From positions 68,946,001 through 69,010,000 of the forward strand of contig NC_086108.1 of the NCBI RefSeq assembly GCF_963921235.1: DNA of 64,000 bases. The letters run 5' to 3'. The notes below the pieces were generated by a model. The model searched no databases and was not told the DNA's origin. It was given only the letters and a program-made list of their open reading frames with translations. Positions 13,394 through 27,061 of this stretch are shown here, piece after piece (positions within the stretch are counted from its first letter, which is position 1; the number at the start of each line of letters is the position of its first letter). The translations under genes and the position numbers were made by a program. The DNA is from Mobula hypostoma. Lineage: Eukaryota.

Positions 13394-14218
13394 TCAAGTT
13401 CAAGTTTAATTGTCATTCAACCATACACATGAATACAGCCAAAAGAAACAGCATTCCTCTAGTGCCAAACTGCAAAACACCGAACCAACAGTCACAAGCA
13501 ACACATATAATTATGATAGCAGAAAAACATAGATACAAAAAAAATCAGAAGATAATAATATAGCCCAAGTCTCCAAGTTTCACGCACTGTAGATTGATGG
13601 TGCTTGAATGTAGTCGTGGAGCCACGTTTCTACAAGAACAACCTGCAGCAGTTCCTCGTTGCGTTGAGATGCCCCAGATAAGCGCAATCCAGCTTGTCTT
13701 CCACACTGAAGGGTAGCACAGCGGAAAGGGCCAGCCCCCTATCCAGCAGGGAATTCAGCAGCACAGCTAGCTCCTGCGTCTCCTTCCTCAATGGCTGCAC
13801 CAGGTGACCCCAAGGCATGAATGAAGGCCTGATCCATGCCAGAAATAAGGCGAAGCAACTTCTCTGCGAGTCTCACTAACGAACCAGTGAATCGGACCTG
13901 CAGTATCCTACATTACCGATGTCCAACAGGGTCTTACGATCATAACAAAAATGAACAAGACAATCATCCGCACCATCTGTTGGATCACGCACCACCTCTG
14001 ACGCCTTCTTCCCTGGGTGGCTGAAGCAGGTTGCAACACAGTGTGTAACAAGACCAGTTCCACCATCATCCAACAACTCACTAGTGGGGTAGATCTGCAG
14101 TATTTGAGGATCTTGATAATCAGCAGTGTCTTGCAATCAAAAAAAGGCGTAAAGGACAAACAGTTACAACTTTGGTTGGACCCAAAGAGGCTGCTGCATC
14201 CAAGTGCATCAACATCCT
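13394..14218 (-). mobile_element. Non-autonomous retroposon with a (TTGAAC)n tail
   Basis: ttcaagttcaagtttaattgtcatt end (tail plus poly(A)-signal-like motif on the minus strand); second copy at 2570-4060. Confidence 0.6.
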
Positions 14219-14224
14219 AGTAGA

Positions 14225-15000
14225 AGTTTCTGGCCTTCTCCCCATAACCTTTGACACCCTTACTAATTAAGTACCTTTCAACCTTTGCTTTAAATATACC
14301 CAGTGACTTGGCCATAGATTCACCAACTTCTTGCTACAAAAATACCTCCTTATTTCTTCTCTACTGAGACGTCCTTCCATTCTGAGTCTGTCCTCTCTGC
14401 TCCAAGACTCTCTCACTACTTAAAACATCCACAATCTAGACCTTTCAATGTTTGGTAGGTTTCAATGAAATGCCTCTCCCACCCACCCCATTCTGCTAAA
14501 CTCCAAGTACTGGCCCAGAGCCATCAAACACTACTCATACATTAACTCTTTCATTCCCACTGAATTATGAGGTCATTCTCATAATCATTCAATGGACCCT
14601 CTCCAATGCTTCTGCCAGTCAGCCAATCTTCTGTCCATGCCATTAATTTTTCTGTAATACCATGGGCTAGTATCTTGATAGCAGCCTCATCAAAGGGCTT
14701 CTGAAAATCCAAGTAAACAACATCAACTGATTCTCCTTTGTCTCTCCTGCCTGTTATTTCCTCAGAATTCTGACAGATTTATTAAGCAAAATTTCCACTT
14801 ATGAAAATAAAGAAATATTATGGAAACTATACTAACTTTGGCCCATTTATCATGTGTCTCTAAGTACCCTGAAACCTCATCCTTAATAATACATTCTAAC
14901 ATCTTGCCAACCACTGAAGTCACGCTAACTGGTCTATAATTTTGTGCCTTTTGCCTCCCTCCTTTCTTATAGAGTGAAGTGACATTTGCAATTTTCCAGC
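14225..15000 (-). mobile_element. CR1 fragment with internal deletions
   Basis: Reverse complement of CR1 3' and RT segments (ctgaaaatccaagtaaacaacatc = DVVYLDFQK). Confidence 0.75.
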
Positions 15001-15332
15001 AAATGAACTACAGCATTCTTGCTTTCATGTGCAGCATCTGGTAGCTCACAGCACACTGGACCAATTTGTTGGAATTGGAGCAATTTTAAAAGGTACTCAT
15101 TCGGATTAAAATCTTGCATTAAAAAAATTATCCAGGTGATGCACTCCATCAGCTCAGGTAATTGTGACAGTAGGAATTCACCTCTTGGCGCTTAGAGCTA
15201 TAGAATATGAGTGGGAACGAAAATCTCAGGCTACCTTTTTAATCTCGCTCATATTTTAACTGGTACTATTAACTCATTAGTCCAAATTGCCTTACCAGAA
15301 CCACTGAAAATAACAAGGCATCTTTTCCAATG

Positions 15333-16611
15333 CAGTGGATTCCAGTTAATTGGGCCATCGGTTAATCGGGGCAACCACTTATTTGGGTCAGCTCTTAAAG
15401 AACAAAAACTAATCAAGAAAATAGGGATTCCCTTTGTTTTTTGGAGATATTATGCAGCTTAATTGGGACAGCAGACTGCTGACAAACAGTTGCTAACAAA
15501 CATCAGTCACAGGCACTTGTATGACTGTCTGACAGTACACAGTGCTGAAAGAAAAGATTTTTTAAATAGCGTCAGTTGCATGTGTTTGTGATCAGAAAGC
15601 ATTGATTTTTGTCACTGATAGTGAGTGAGAAATAAGCAGCAAGACAACTCATAACTGTTATGCTCACTGCAGTTTCAAGCATTCAGGCTTGGAGATTCAA
15701 GAAACAGCTGGGAGTGAAAATGAAACAATGTCATTACTTCAGTGTACAGTGGATGAATTCCTCCATCAATAACTAATACACCATTTTATAATACTGTAGT
15801 AGTATTGGTAGTGTTTGATTTTGTTCTGTATTTCAAACAAGAGAAAATCTGCAGATGCTGGAAATCAAAGTAATACACACAAAATGCTGGAGGAGCTCAG
15901 CAGGCCAAGCAGCATCTATGGAAAGAGTAATCGATCAACATTTTGGGCCAAGACTCTTCATCAGCACTGTGAAAAAAAGAGATGAGAAGTCAGGATAAGA
16001 AGATGGGGGGAGGAAGAAATACAAGGTAGTAGGTGATGGGTGAAACCAGGAGAGGGGGAGGGGTGAAGTAAAGAGTTGAGAAATTGGTGAAGGAGATACA
16101 GGGCTGGGGAAGGGGGAATCTGATAGGAGAGGATAGAAGGCCATAGAAGAAAGGGAAGGGGGAGGAGCACTGGAGGGAGGTGATGGGTAGGTAAGGAGAT
16201 AAAGTGAGCTAGGGAAATGAGAATGGGGAATGGCAAGGGGGCAATAACCAGAAGTCTGAAAAATTGATGTTCCTGCCATCAGGTTGCAGGTTACCCAGAC
16301 AGAATGCAAAGTGTTGTTCCTCCATTCTAAGTGTGACCTCATCGTGGCAGTAGAGGAGGCCATGGAATGTCATGTCGGAATGGGAATGGGAAGTAGGTTT
16401 GAAATGGATGGCCACTGGGAGATCCTGCTTTTTCTGGTGGATTATTTTGTATTTCATTTAAATACATAATTTGTTACTCAGGTAAATTTAGTTTGTCTTT
16501 TTTTATATACCTTTTTAATGATTTCCATGAATCTTGGGCTAATTGGAACTGCCACTTAATTGGGCCAAAATGTAATGGACCCAATGGATCAAAATTAACC
16601 AGAATCCACTG
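15333..16611. mobile_element. Tc1/mariner-superfamily (Tigger-like) MITE interrupted by a Penelope fragment
   Basis: TIRs cagtggattccagttaat / attaaccagaatccactg, with TA after the right end. Confidence 0.75.
15836..16447 (-). mobile_element. Penelope 3' fragment (GIY-YIG C-terminus plus pLTR with a degenerate hammerhead)
   Basis: QDLPVAIHF...EEQHFAFCLGNLQPDG; flanked by the direct repeat tgtatttca (15827-15835 / 16448-16456). Confidence 0.85.
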
Positions 16612-16671
16612 TATAATATCAATTCAAAATACTCTTAGTGAACATAACACATCATTGAAAAATATCTGGAT

Positions 16672-19425
16672 TGGAAGAAGGGTTCCGATGTTTCAGATGT
16701 GATCGAGGCAGAGGAATGAAAGGTGGGGGAGTAGCATTGCTTGTTAGGGAAAATATTACAGCAGTGCTCAGGCAGGACAGATTAGAGGGCTTGTCTACTG
16801 AGTCCTTATGGGTGGAGCTGAGAAACAGGAAAAGGTATGGCCATATTAGTGGGATTGTATTACAGACCACCCAATAGTCAACGAGACTTGGAAGAGCAAA
16901 TCTGCAGAGAGATAGCAGGCAACTGCAGGAAACATAAAGTTGTGGTGGTAGGGGATTTTAATTTTCCATACATTGATTGGGACTCCCATACTGTTAGGGG
17001 TCTAGATGGTTTAGAGTTTGTAAAATGTGTTCAGGAAAGTTTTCTAAATCAGTATATAGAGGGACCAACTAGAGGGGATGCAATATTGGATCTACTGTTA
17101 GGAAACGAATTAGGGCAAGTGACAGAAGTCTCTGTAGGGGAGCACTTTGGTTCCAGTGATCATAACACCATTAGTTTCAATTTGATCATGGACAAGGATA
17201 GATCTGGTCCTAGGGTTGAGGTTCTGAACTGGAAGAAGGCCAAATTTGAAGAAATGAGGAAGGATCTAAAAAGCGTGGATTGGGACAGGTTGTTCTCTGG
17301 CAAAGATGTGATTGGTAGGTGGGAAGCCTTCAAAGGGGAAATTTTGAGAGTGCAGAGTTTGTATGTTCCTGTCAGGATTAAAGGCAAATTGAATAGGAAT
17401 AAGGAACCTTGGTTCTCAAGGGATATTGCAACTCTGATAAAAGAAGAAGAGGGAGTTGTATGAAATGTATAGGAAACAGGGGGTAAATCAGATGCTTGAG
17501 GAGTATAAGAAGTGCAAGAAAATACTTAAGAATGAAATCAGGAGGGCAAAAAGAAGACATGAGGTTGCCTTGGCAGTCAAAGTGAAGGATAATCCAAAGA
17601 GCTTTTACAAGTATATTAAGAGCAAAAGGATTGTAAGGGATAAAATGGGTCCTCTTGAAGATCAGAGTGGTCGGCTTTGTGCGGAACCAAAAGAAATGGG
17701 GGAGATCTTAAATAGGTTTTTTGCGTCTGTATTTACTAAGGAAGCTGGCATGAAATCTATGGAATTGAGGGAATCAAGTAGTGAGACCATGGAAACTGTA
17801 GATTGAAAAGGAGGAGGTGCTTGCTGTCTTGAGGAAAATTAAAGTGGATAAATCTCCGGGACCTGACAGAGTGTTCCCTCGGACCTTGAAGGAGACTCGT
17901 GTTGAAATTGCGGGGGCCCTGGCAGAAATATTTAAAATGTCGCTGTCTACGGGTGAAGTGCCGGAGGATTGGAGAGTGGCTCATGTTGTTCCGTTGTTTA
18001 AAAAAGGATCAAAAAGTAATCCGGGAAATTATAGGCCGGTGAGTTTAACATCAGTAGTAGGTAAGTTATTGGAGGGAGTACTAAGAGACAGAATCTACAA
18101 GCATTTGGATAGACAGGGGCTTATTAGGGAGAGTCAACATGGCTTTGTGCGTGGTAGGTCATGTTTAACCAATCTGTTGGAGTTTTTCGAGGAGGTTACC
18201 AGGAAAGTGGATGAAGGGAAGGCAGTGGATATTATCTACATGGACTTCAGTAAGGCCTTTGACAAGGTCCCGCATGGGAGGTTAGTTAGGAAAATTCAGT
18301 CGCTAGTTATACATGGAGAGGTGGTAAATTGGATTAGACATTGGCTCGATGGAAGAAGCCAGAGAGTGGTGGTAGAGAATTGCTTCTCTGAGTGGAGGCC
18401 TGTGACTAGTTGGTGTGCCACAGGGATCAGTGCTGGGTCCATTGTTATTTGTCATCTATATCAATGATCTGGATGATAATGTGGTAAATTGGATCAGCAA
18501 GTTTGCTGATGATACAAAGATTAGAGGTGTAGTAGACAGTGAGGAAGGTTTTCAGAGCCTGCAGAGGGACTTGGACCATCTGGAAAAATGGGCTGAAAAA
18601 TGGCAGATGGAGGTTAATACTGACAAGTGTGAGGTATTGCGCGTTGGCAGGACAAACCAATGTAGAACATACAGGGTTAATGGTAAGGCACTGAGGAGTG
18701 CAGTGGAACAGAGGGATCTGGGAATACAGATACAAAATTCCCTAAAAGTGTCGTCACAGGTAGATAGGGTCGTAAAGAGAGCTTTTGGTACATTGGCCTT
18801 TATTAATCAAAGTATTGATTATAAGAGCTGGAATGTTATGATGAGGTTGTATAGGGCATTGGTGAGGCCGAATCTGGAGTATTGTGTTCAGTTTTGGTCA
18901 CCAAATTACAGGAAGGATATAAATAAGGTGGAAAGAGTGCAGAGAAGGTTTACAGGGATGTTGCCGGGACTTGAGAAACTCAGTTACAGAGAAAAGTTGA
19001 ATAGGTTAGGGCTTTATTCCCTGGAGCGTAGAAGAATGAGGGGAGATTTGATAGAGGTATATAAAATTATGATGGGTATAGATAGAGTGAATGCAAGCAG
19101 GCTTTTTCCACTGAGGCAAGGGGAGAAAAAAACCAGAGGACATGGGTTAAGAGTGAGGGGGGAAAAGTTTAAAGGGAACATTAGGGGGGGCTTCTTCACA
19201 CAGAGAGTGGTGGGAGTATGGAATGAGCTGCCAGACGAGGTGGTAAATGCGGGTTCTTTTTTAACACTTAAGAATAAATTGGACAGATACATGGATGGGA
19301 GGTGTATGGAGGGATATGGTCCCTGTGCAGGTCAGTGGAACTAGGCAGAAAATGGTTCGGCACAGCCAAGAAGGGCCAAAGGGCCTGTTTCTGTGCTGTA
19401 GTTTCTATAGTTTCAATGGTTTCTA
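16672..19425 (+). mobile_element. Young 5'-truncated CR1 LINE with near-complete ORF2 (APE endonuclease plus RT) broken by about 4 frameshifts
   Basis: ORFs 16837-17463 (YYRPP, VGDFN, SDHN), 17456-17806, 17817-18467 (NYRPVSLTS, QHGF, DFSKAFDKV) and 18415-19344 (PQGSVLGP, KFADD); 8-nt repeat tail gtttctata. Confidence 0.95.
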
Positions 19426-20227
19426 ATACTGCAAGGTACAGTTCTTGCAGATCCTAGTGAATAGATCTCAAAAATACTATGTTACAAATTGCATCAGTAT
19501 ATGGTAGATCACACTTAAGAACCTATTCTTTGATGCAAGAGGAAATGTCACTGCAAACAACAGCAATGATCAGAAATGATTGTAACAAACACTGGCCATC
19601 TGATTTTGATCATGCACACCACCTGGTGGCAAGTTGAGGCTTTAGTATTAATTGGGCTCCTTCCATCATACTGCAACTCTCAAAACTACTATATCAACTC
19701 TCAACACAATATATATTTTTGCAACGAGTTTAAGGGATATACTATTAATACAATATGCCTTCTAAATTGTCAATTACCAAATTTAAAATGGAAAACTCAG
19801 TAAATGAGCAACAGCCAAATAACTGGTGGCATTAAGTACAGAGCTCATCTTTTCCAAACTGTCTCTTCAACCCCTTTCACAAAACAAAATCATCTTTCAC
19901 TCCTTTATACTTACAAACTATCATTCCATCTTCAGTCCACATTTTTCATCCATGGTACTGAAATGTGTTGCTTTCCAAATCATTTTTCAATACCATAATA
20001 TTTTAAACCTTTAATCAATTATTTTCCCCTGCAAAGGTTTGAAATGAATTAAGTAATGATTGGCAATCCTCACCTGTGACCAGAGTGCATTTCCTTCACT
20101 TACACTGACATCTCTGTAACTAAGAATGTTCCATTGAAAGCTCACTTTAGGATCAAAAGGATGCCATAACTCCAAACATCTCAAACAGTAGTTGAGTAAG
20201 CGATGGAATCGACACCCAATGTAATAG

Positions 20228-21010
20228 AGCAACACACTCAAAATGCTGGAGGAACTCAGCAAGTCAGGCAATGTCTACAGAAATGAATTAAGCAGTCCAC
20301 ATTTTGGGATCAGGCCCTTCTTCAGCACTAGAAAGGAAGGGGGAAGGAGGAGGAGACCCAGAGGAAAGTAATAAGCAGGTGAGAAGAGGTAAGAGGCTAG
20401 AGTGGGAAATAGAAGAGCGGAAGGGGAGGGAATTTTTTTTAAACCGGTAGTAGAAATCAATATTCATGTGGGGGCTACCCAGATGTTATATAGGGTGTTG
20501 CTTCTCCACCCTGAGGGTGTCGCTTCTCCACCCTGAGGGTGTCCTTGTCTGAGCACAAGAGGAGGCCATGGATCAACATGTTTGAATGGAAATGTGAATC
20601 AGAATTTAAAAGTTTGGCCACCAGGAAGTTCTACTTTTGGTGGATGGAGCAGAGGTGCTCAATGAAGCAGTACCCCAACTTATGACCGGTTTCACCAATA
20701 CAGAGGATGCCGCATTCGGAGCACCGTACACAATAGACTTCACCAGCATATCTGCTGTGGTTGTGTTGCCTCACCTGGAACCACTGTTTGGGGCCCTGAA
20801 TGGAGGTCAGGGAGGAGGTGAATGGGCAGCTGTAACAATTTGGTCATGGAGAGGGACGAATGGACAAGGGAACCACAAAGATGAAGAAACTGAGAAAAGG
20901 GAATAGCATTCTTGCAGGAGACATGGTGGGAAGAGGTATACTCAAGATAACCATGGAAATTGGTTGGTTTATAAAAGATGTCTCCAGAGATGGAGACAGA
21001 AATTGAGAAG
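20228..21010 (-). mobile_element. Decayed Penelope element
   Basis: DIFYKPTNFHGYLEYTSSH...KNAIPFSQFL (Penelope RT thumb); pLTR motif aatgctggaggaactcagca; internal 22-bp duplication at about 20500-20543. Confidence 0.8.
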
Positions 21011-21574
21011 TGTGGAGGGGGGATGCAGGGGGTGGTGTCAGAAATGGAGTCTGTGCCAGGAAATGAAGACACTATCTTCAGTCTTTCCATATTAAACTGC
21101 AGAAAATTTGGCTTATACAACACTGGAAGTTGGACAAGCAGGGGATCAGACGACATAAGTGGAATACAATGTCATGTCACCATGGGGATAGTTCATAAAA
21201 TAAAGATCCTGGAATATCAAAATCTTAAAAGAACTGAAAATATCAAGTTTGCTCTTTCAATGGTATCAAGTAAACAACAAATGCTTCTAGACATTCAAGA
21301 CCTTTTCTCTGCTGCGTTTTCCTGTTGAATTTTAAGGCACCAAATAATCAAATATTCCCCATGCACTTCTTTGGTCACACAAGCAAGAACCATGAACCAG
21401 TAAGCCAGAAATGGTAAAAACCTTACCCCTCTCCTGCAATGCTTTCTATTCTTATCCTACATTTGTATCAGTAATAGTTCACTACAGTCAAAGCCATGTT
21501 GATTATAATCAATGCACGCATATAACAATTATTGTTAATTATTGAAATTAAAACTAGTGCAAAAACAGAAATAA

Positions 21575-22245
21575 TTTTTAAAAGTGAGGTAGTGCTCATG
21601 GGTTCAATGCCCATTCAGAAATGGGATGGCAGAGAGGAAGAAGCTGTTCTTGAATTGCTGAGTGTATGCCTTCAGGATTTGGTACTCCTTCCTGCTGGTA
21701 ACAGTGGGAAGAGGGCATGTCCCAGGTGATGGGGGTCCTTAAATAATGGACATCACCCTTTTGAGGCATCACTCCTGAAGATGTCTTGGATACTACAGAG
21801 CGCAGTACCCAAGATGGAGCTGACTAATTTTACAACTTTCTGTAGTTTCTTTCAGTCCTGTGCAGCAACACCCCCCCCCCACCACCTTACCAGACAGTGA
21901 TGCAGCCTGTCAGAATGCTCTCCATGGTATATCTAGTGAAGTTTGTGTGATTTCACGGACAAACCAAATCTCCTCAAACTCCTAATAGCCATTGTCCATA
22001 TAGCCACTGTCTTGCCTTCTTTATAGTTGCTTCGATAGGTTGGGATCAGGTTAGATCCTCCAAGATATTGACACCCAGGAACTTGAAATTGCTCACTCGC
22101 TCCATTTCTGATCCCTCTACGAGGATTGGTTCATAGTCCCTTACCTCACCCTTTCTGAAGTTCACAATCAGCTGTTTGATCTTACTGACGTTGTGTGTAA
22201 GATTGTTGCTGCGACACCATTCAACCAGCTGGTACATCTTGCTCC
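21575..22245 (-). mobile_element. Rex1/Babar LINE 3' fragment
   Basis: LVEWCRSNNLTHNVSKIKQLIVNFRK and FKFLGVNI. Confidence 0.85.
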
Positions 22246-22439
22246 AGACAGTAAAGGTGCTATTGCTCCTCAGTTTTGGAATACAAATCAACCTGTCTCA
22301 CAAATGTGATAAAGTTTGCTTTTTGCTTACTGTAAACAATATTAGCTAGAACAAATGGGAATGGGAACACAGTAATAGACATTGTGCATTCAATACATAA
22401 TATATAAATATGTTAGGACAAATATGATAAATATTACTT

Positions 22440-25400
22440 CCAGAGCGCCTTGAAGATGGTGATCTCGTGCAGCACAGCTCGATGGATACAATTAATATTC
22501 CAGTTTCAGCCAGACACAGCTAAGAATCACAACTTCTTCCAGTGTCTGTACAATCAATAAAGATGTCTTAATGAAATTGAATAATCTATCACTGTTTAAA
22601 ACTGATGGAAACAATGCTGATACTATGGCTATACTTCTCGCCAGACTCTTCACAGGAAACTTGGCTGCCAGTCAGAGATACAGATGCGTTCAAGAAAACA
22701 GGGTTTTCGACTCCCAGTACTGACCATCTTGCTGGCAAACGTAGTCTAGTAAATAAAAGCAAAGATTTGAGGGCTGTAGTGCTGTATCAGAGGGACATTA
22801 GAACCACTTGTGTACTTTATTTCATGGAATCCTGGTTAAATCCAGCCCTCCGGTGAAAAATGATATCGTATCTGTTAAATAGGGGCCGTGGACAATTCTG
22901 ATTTGATGGAGATGGACGTGGAAGCACAGAGGAACATCTGGAAAAATTTCTGAAACGCTCATTCGCTGCTGTCGTTACTGCGCAGTCCGGAATCTTTCAG
23001 AGGGTAGGCCTCAAAATCCCCGGCTTTGCCTGCTGTTGGCGACCGAGATGGAAGTCAAATCGTTCGGATAGAGATGGCGCTCAGTACTCAGTGTCGGAGA
23101 GCTGATCAGAGCTCGAAGTTTTCGGATGACTCAGAGTCGGACCGTGGTCGGGTATGGCAGGGAGAGTTTTTCTTCCTTCTCTCATCTGCGTGAGATGTGG
23201 GACATTTGAGAGACTTTGAACTTTTACTGTGCTCATGGACTTTTTCATCAAGTTATGGTATTGTTGCACTATTGTAACTACATGTTATAATTATGTGATT
23301 TTGTTAGTTTTTTTCAGTCTTGGTCTGTCCTGTGTTTTGTGATATCACACCGGAGGAAATACTGCATCATTTCTTAATGCATGCATTACTAAATGACAAT
23401 AAAAGAGGACTGCGTGTCTTCATAATCTAAAAAAAAATCCTTCTGTACCAGATGCAGCGATTCATATTGACAGGTTTACGATAGACCATCAGGATAAGAC
23501 TACAGAGTCTCACAATAGAAGAGGTGGAGGTGTAAGCCTCATGACTAACTCCTCTTGGTGCACAAATGTGTCAGTTGTCCCAATTCTGCTCAGTAGACCT
23601 TGAATATCTTGCAATTAAGTGCTCTGGCTGATCCGAGCAACGGGATTAACACCAATGCCTTCACCATCATTTTGGGGGATTTTAAATCAGGCCAGCTTGA
23701 AAAAGTCACTAAATAATTACCATCAACAAATCACTTATACTACCAGAGGAACCAACATACTGGACCACTGTTACAGCACCATAAAGAATGCCTACTGTGC
23801 TACTCCACACCCACACTATGGCAAGGTCTGATCACTTGGCTATACTTCTACTTCCAGAGTACAGGCAGAGACTGAAGACTGCAGCACCAGGAGTGAGGAT
23901 CAAGAAGGTATAAACAAGGGAAGCACAGAAACACATACAGGACTGCATTGAATTGGTAAACTGGACTGTATTCAGGAATTCATCATCGAATCCGACTGAG
24001 TATGCCATAGCTGTTACCGACTTAATTAAACCTGTGTGGATGAGAGTGTGCCTACAAAAATTTTCTGTACATTCCCAAACCAAAAGCAGTGGATGCACCA
24101 GGAGATTCATCAATCGCTGAGGGCTAGATTGTGTGCATTAAGTGACCCAGATCTGTACAAGAAAAACAGGTATGACTTGCGGCAAAGAAACAGCTCCAAG
24201 CAAGGTTAGAGGAGACATCAGATGCGTATCAACTCTGGCAGGGCTTGCAGGATATTACTTCCTATAAAGCAAAATCCAATAAGCACGAATGGCAATGATG
24301 CTTCACTACCAGATGAACTCAATGCCTTCGATGCTCGCTGAAAGGGAGAACATAATTACAGCTGTGAAGATCCCTGCTGCACCGGGAGACCCTGTGATCT
24401 CTGTCTCGGAGGATGATGTTAGGTTGTTGTTAAGGAGAGTGAACCTTCGCATGGCAGCAGGCCCTGATGGAATACCTGGTAAGGCTCTGAAAACTTGTGC
24501 CAACCAACTAGCGGGAGTATTCAGGACATTTTTAACCTCTCACTGCTACGGTCTGAAGTTCCCACCTGCTTCAAAAAGGCAATAATTATACCAATGCCTA
24601 AGAAGACTAGTGTGAGCAGCCTAAATGATTATTGCCCAGTAGCACTCACATCTATGACGATGAAATGGTTTAAGAGGTTGGTCATAGCTAGAATCAGCTC
24701 ATTTCAACAAGGACCTGGACCCACTGCAATTTGTCTATTGTCACAATAAGGTCTACAGCAGACGCAATCTCAGTGGCTTTTCACACGGCCTTAGATCACC
24801 CAGACAATACAACACCTATGCCAGGATGCTGTTCACTGACTATAGCTAGGCATTTAACACCATCATTCTCACAGTCCTGATCAATAAGCTACAGAACCTG
24901 GGTCTCTGTACCTCAATCTGTAGTTGGATCCTTGACTTTCTAACTGGAAGACCACAATCTGTGTGGAATGGTGATAATATCTCCTAACAGTTAATACTGG
25001 CGCACATCAGGGGTGTGTGCTTACCCCACTGTTTTACTCCCTCTATACCCATAACTGCGTGGCTAGGTGGAGCTCAAATGCCATCTATAATTTTGCTGGT
25101 GATACAACCATTCCTAGTAGAATCTCAGATGGAGATGAGAAGACATACAAGAGCGAGATATACCAGCTAGATTAGTAGTGTTGTAGCAACAACCTTGCAC
25201 TTAATGTCAGTAAGCCAAAAGAGCTGACTGTGGACTTTAGGAAAGGTAAGATGAGGGAACACAAACCAATCCCTATGGAGAGATCAGAAGTAGAGAGAGT
25301 AAGAAACTTCAAGTTCCTCAGTGTCAAGATCTCTGAGGATCTAACCTGGCCTCAACTATAAAGACAAGACAGCGGCTATATTTCATTCGGAGTTTGAAGA

Positions 25401-25855
25401 GATTTGGTTTGCCAACTGAAACATTTTAAAATTTACATAGATGTACCATGGAGAGCATTCTGATATGGGGGGGGGGGGGAAGAAAGAGGAAGGCTACTGC
25501 ATAGGACTAAAAGTTACAGGAAGTCGTAAAATTAGCCAAGTTCCAACTTTTAGCCTCCATAGTATCCAAGACAACTTCAAGGAGCAGTGCCTCAGAAAGG
25601 TGACATCCATATTAAGGATCCCCATCACCCTGGACATGCCCTCCTTTCATTGTTACCATCAAGAAGGAGGTACAGAAGCCTAAAGACACACACTCAGTGA
25701 TTCAGGAACAGATTCTTCCCCTCTGCCATCCGGTTCCTAAATGGACATTGAACCCCTGAACGCTACCTCACTTTTATTATTTCTGTTTTTGCACTATTTT
25801 TAATTTAACGATTTAATACGCACATATATATATAAGTAATGTAATAGATTTTTTT
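22440..25855 (+). mobile_element. Near full-length decayed Rex1/Babar LINE
   Basis: Endonuclease (FMESWL, LDHCYSTIK) and RT (GPDGIPGKALKTCANQLAGVF, NDYCPVALTSMTMKWFKRLV) remnants plus 3' region. Confidence 0.9.
22845..23432 (+). mobile_element. Non-coding retroposon of about 590 bp (family of 11578-12210), nested in the Rex1 element
   Basis: aaatcc on both flanks; ends atgacaataaaagaggactgcgtgtcttcataatctaa. Confidence 0.75.
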
Positions 25856-25861
25856 CTTTAG

Positions 25862-26655
25862 GAAGGATGATGGCACCAACGGCAACTCCTTTGCTTGCAT
25901 CTTCGGAAACAGCTCTATTTCTTCCTTTATTATCTTTAATATCTTTATTTTTTTCCCCTTTCAGGGTTCTTTTGAAGACCCTGACCTGAAGTTACATGTA
26001 GGCTTCAGTTCTTTGCGGGAATGGGACTTGTTCTCGGGGTTCCTTAACTGGCCATTACTCGACATGCCAAGGGTTTGGCCTGAGTGTCTCAATCGTGTTC
26101 GGAAGCCTAAGATCTCGGGGCTCTGGAGACAGGCGGATCGAGGGTCGGTGTCACGCCAGAAGACTTGTGTCATCGGGGAGAGCAGAAAATCTTTCGCTGT
26201 CCCCCAAAGACCCGAGGTCTTTGCAATCTTCGGATACAGAGCTTGAAAAAAGCGACGAAATGGCCTTTTAACATCATGAACCAGTGAGTTGTTGTTATGT
26301 CTCCCGCTTGCTGTGAAAATGGGGGGCACCTCCCTCTCCCTTGCCAGGGAGAGAGGGAACCTATAGATTGTTAAATTTTGGATGAAATGCAAAGCCTCTG
26401 GGGTAACTTTGGTCTGTGTCTTTGCTATTGCTTAGCACACACTTGGGCTCAGTGATGGTATCGATGGGCATTTTTTTTTTGCTGGGTGGGGGGGGGGATC
26501 GTTGCTCACTGCCGCTTATGCGTGGAAGGGGGGACTTTGGGGTTCCCAGATTTAACTGTCATTCATTCTTTGGGGCACTTCTCGGTTTTTGTGGATGTTT
26601 GCAAAGAAAAAGCATTTCAGTATGTATACTGTATACATTTCTGACCTTTGAACCT
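25862..26655 (+). mobile_element. Unclassified non-autonomous repeat in the Rex1 3' UTR
   Basis: GC-richer block beginning gatggcaccaacggc and ending ctttgaacc; Rex-like 3' UTR resumes afterwards to about 26745. Confidence 0.45.
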
Positions 26656-27061
26656 TCTATATTATCTTGTATTACATTGTACTACTGCTGCTGCAAAGTT
26701 AACAAATTTCATGACACATGCCGGTGATAATGAAACCAATTCTGATCTACATAGCTTGTCTTACACTTTCAGACTCCTCTGGCATCTCCAAAAAACAGAA
26801 ACAATTACTAGAAATTTAAACTTGAATAGATAATTTGAACATTAACCTATCATACAGTTATAAGCATCCAGAAAAGAAAGTGTTTCCCTCAAGTGAATTC
26901 CCTTGGAGTTCAAGTAATCCATATTTTTCTTTTAATTAGAAAGTCTACAAAAAGCACTATAAAACTGATGATCCTCTTAAAGAGCTAACATGCTCACTGC
27001 TAATTTTTAAATAATTTTAGATAAATAGCTGCAGACTACCCTTTCACCTCAGCGCCTCTCA

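Noticed and set aside
15935..15968. Additional hammerhead-like motifs (also about 20295-20330, 29860-29900, 40048-40076)
   Set aside because: Core or stem mutations (for example AAAA for GAAA, a lost cleavage triplet or a disrupted stem) make activity unlikely. Treated as decayed pLTRs.
16837..19344. RT plus nearby structured RNA as a retron/DGR-like prokaryotic system
   Set aside because: The RT is a typical CR1 ORF2 with an APE endonuclease in a vertebrate intron.
25961..26392. 143-aa minus-strand ORF as an extra FAF1 exon or gene
   Set aside because: It lies in a repeat, has no FAF1 similarity, and exons 6 and 7 already join in phase.
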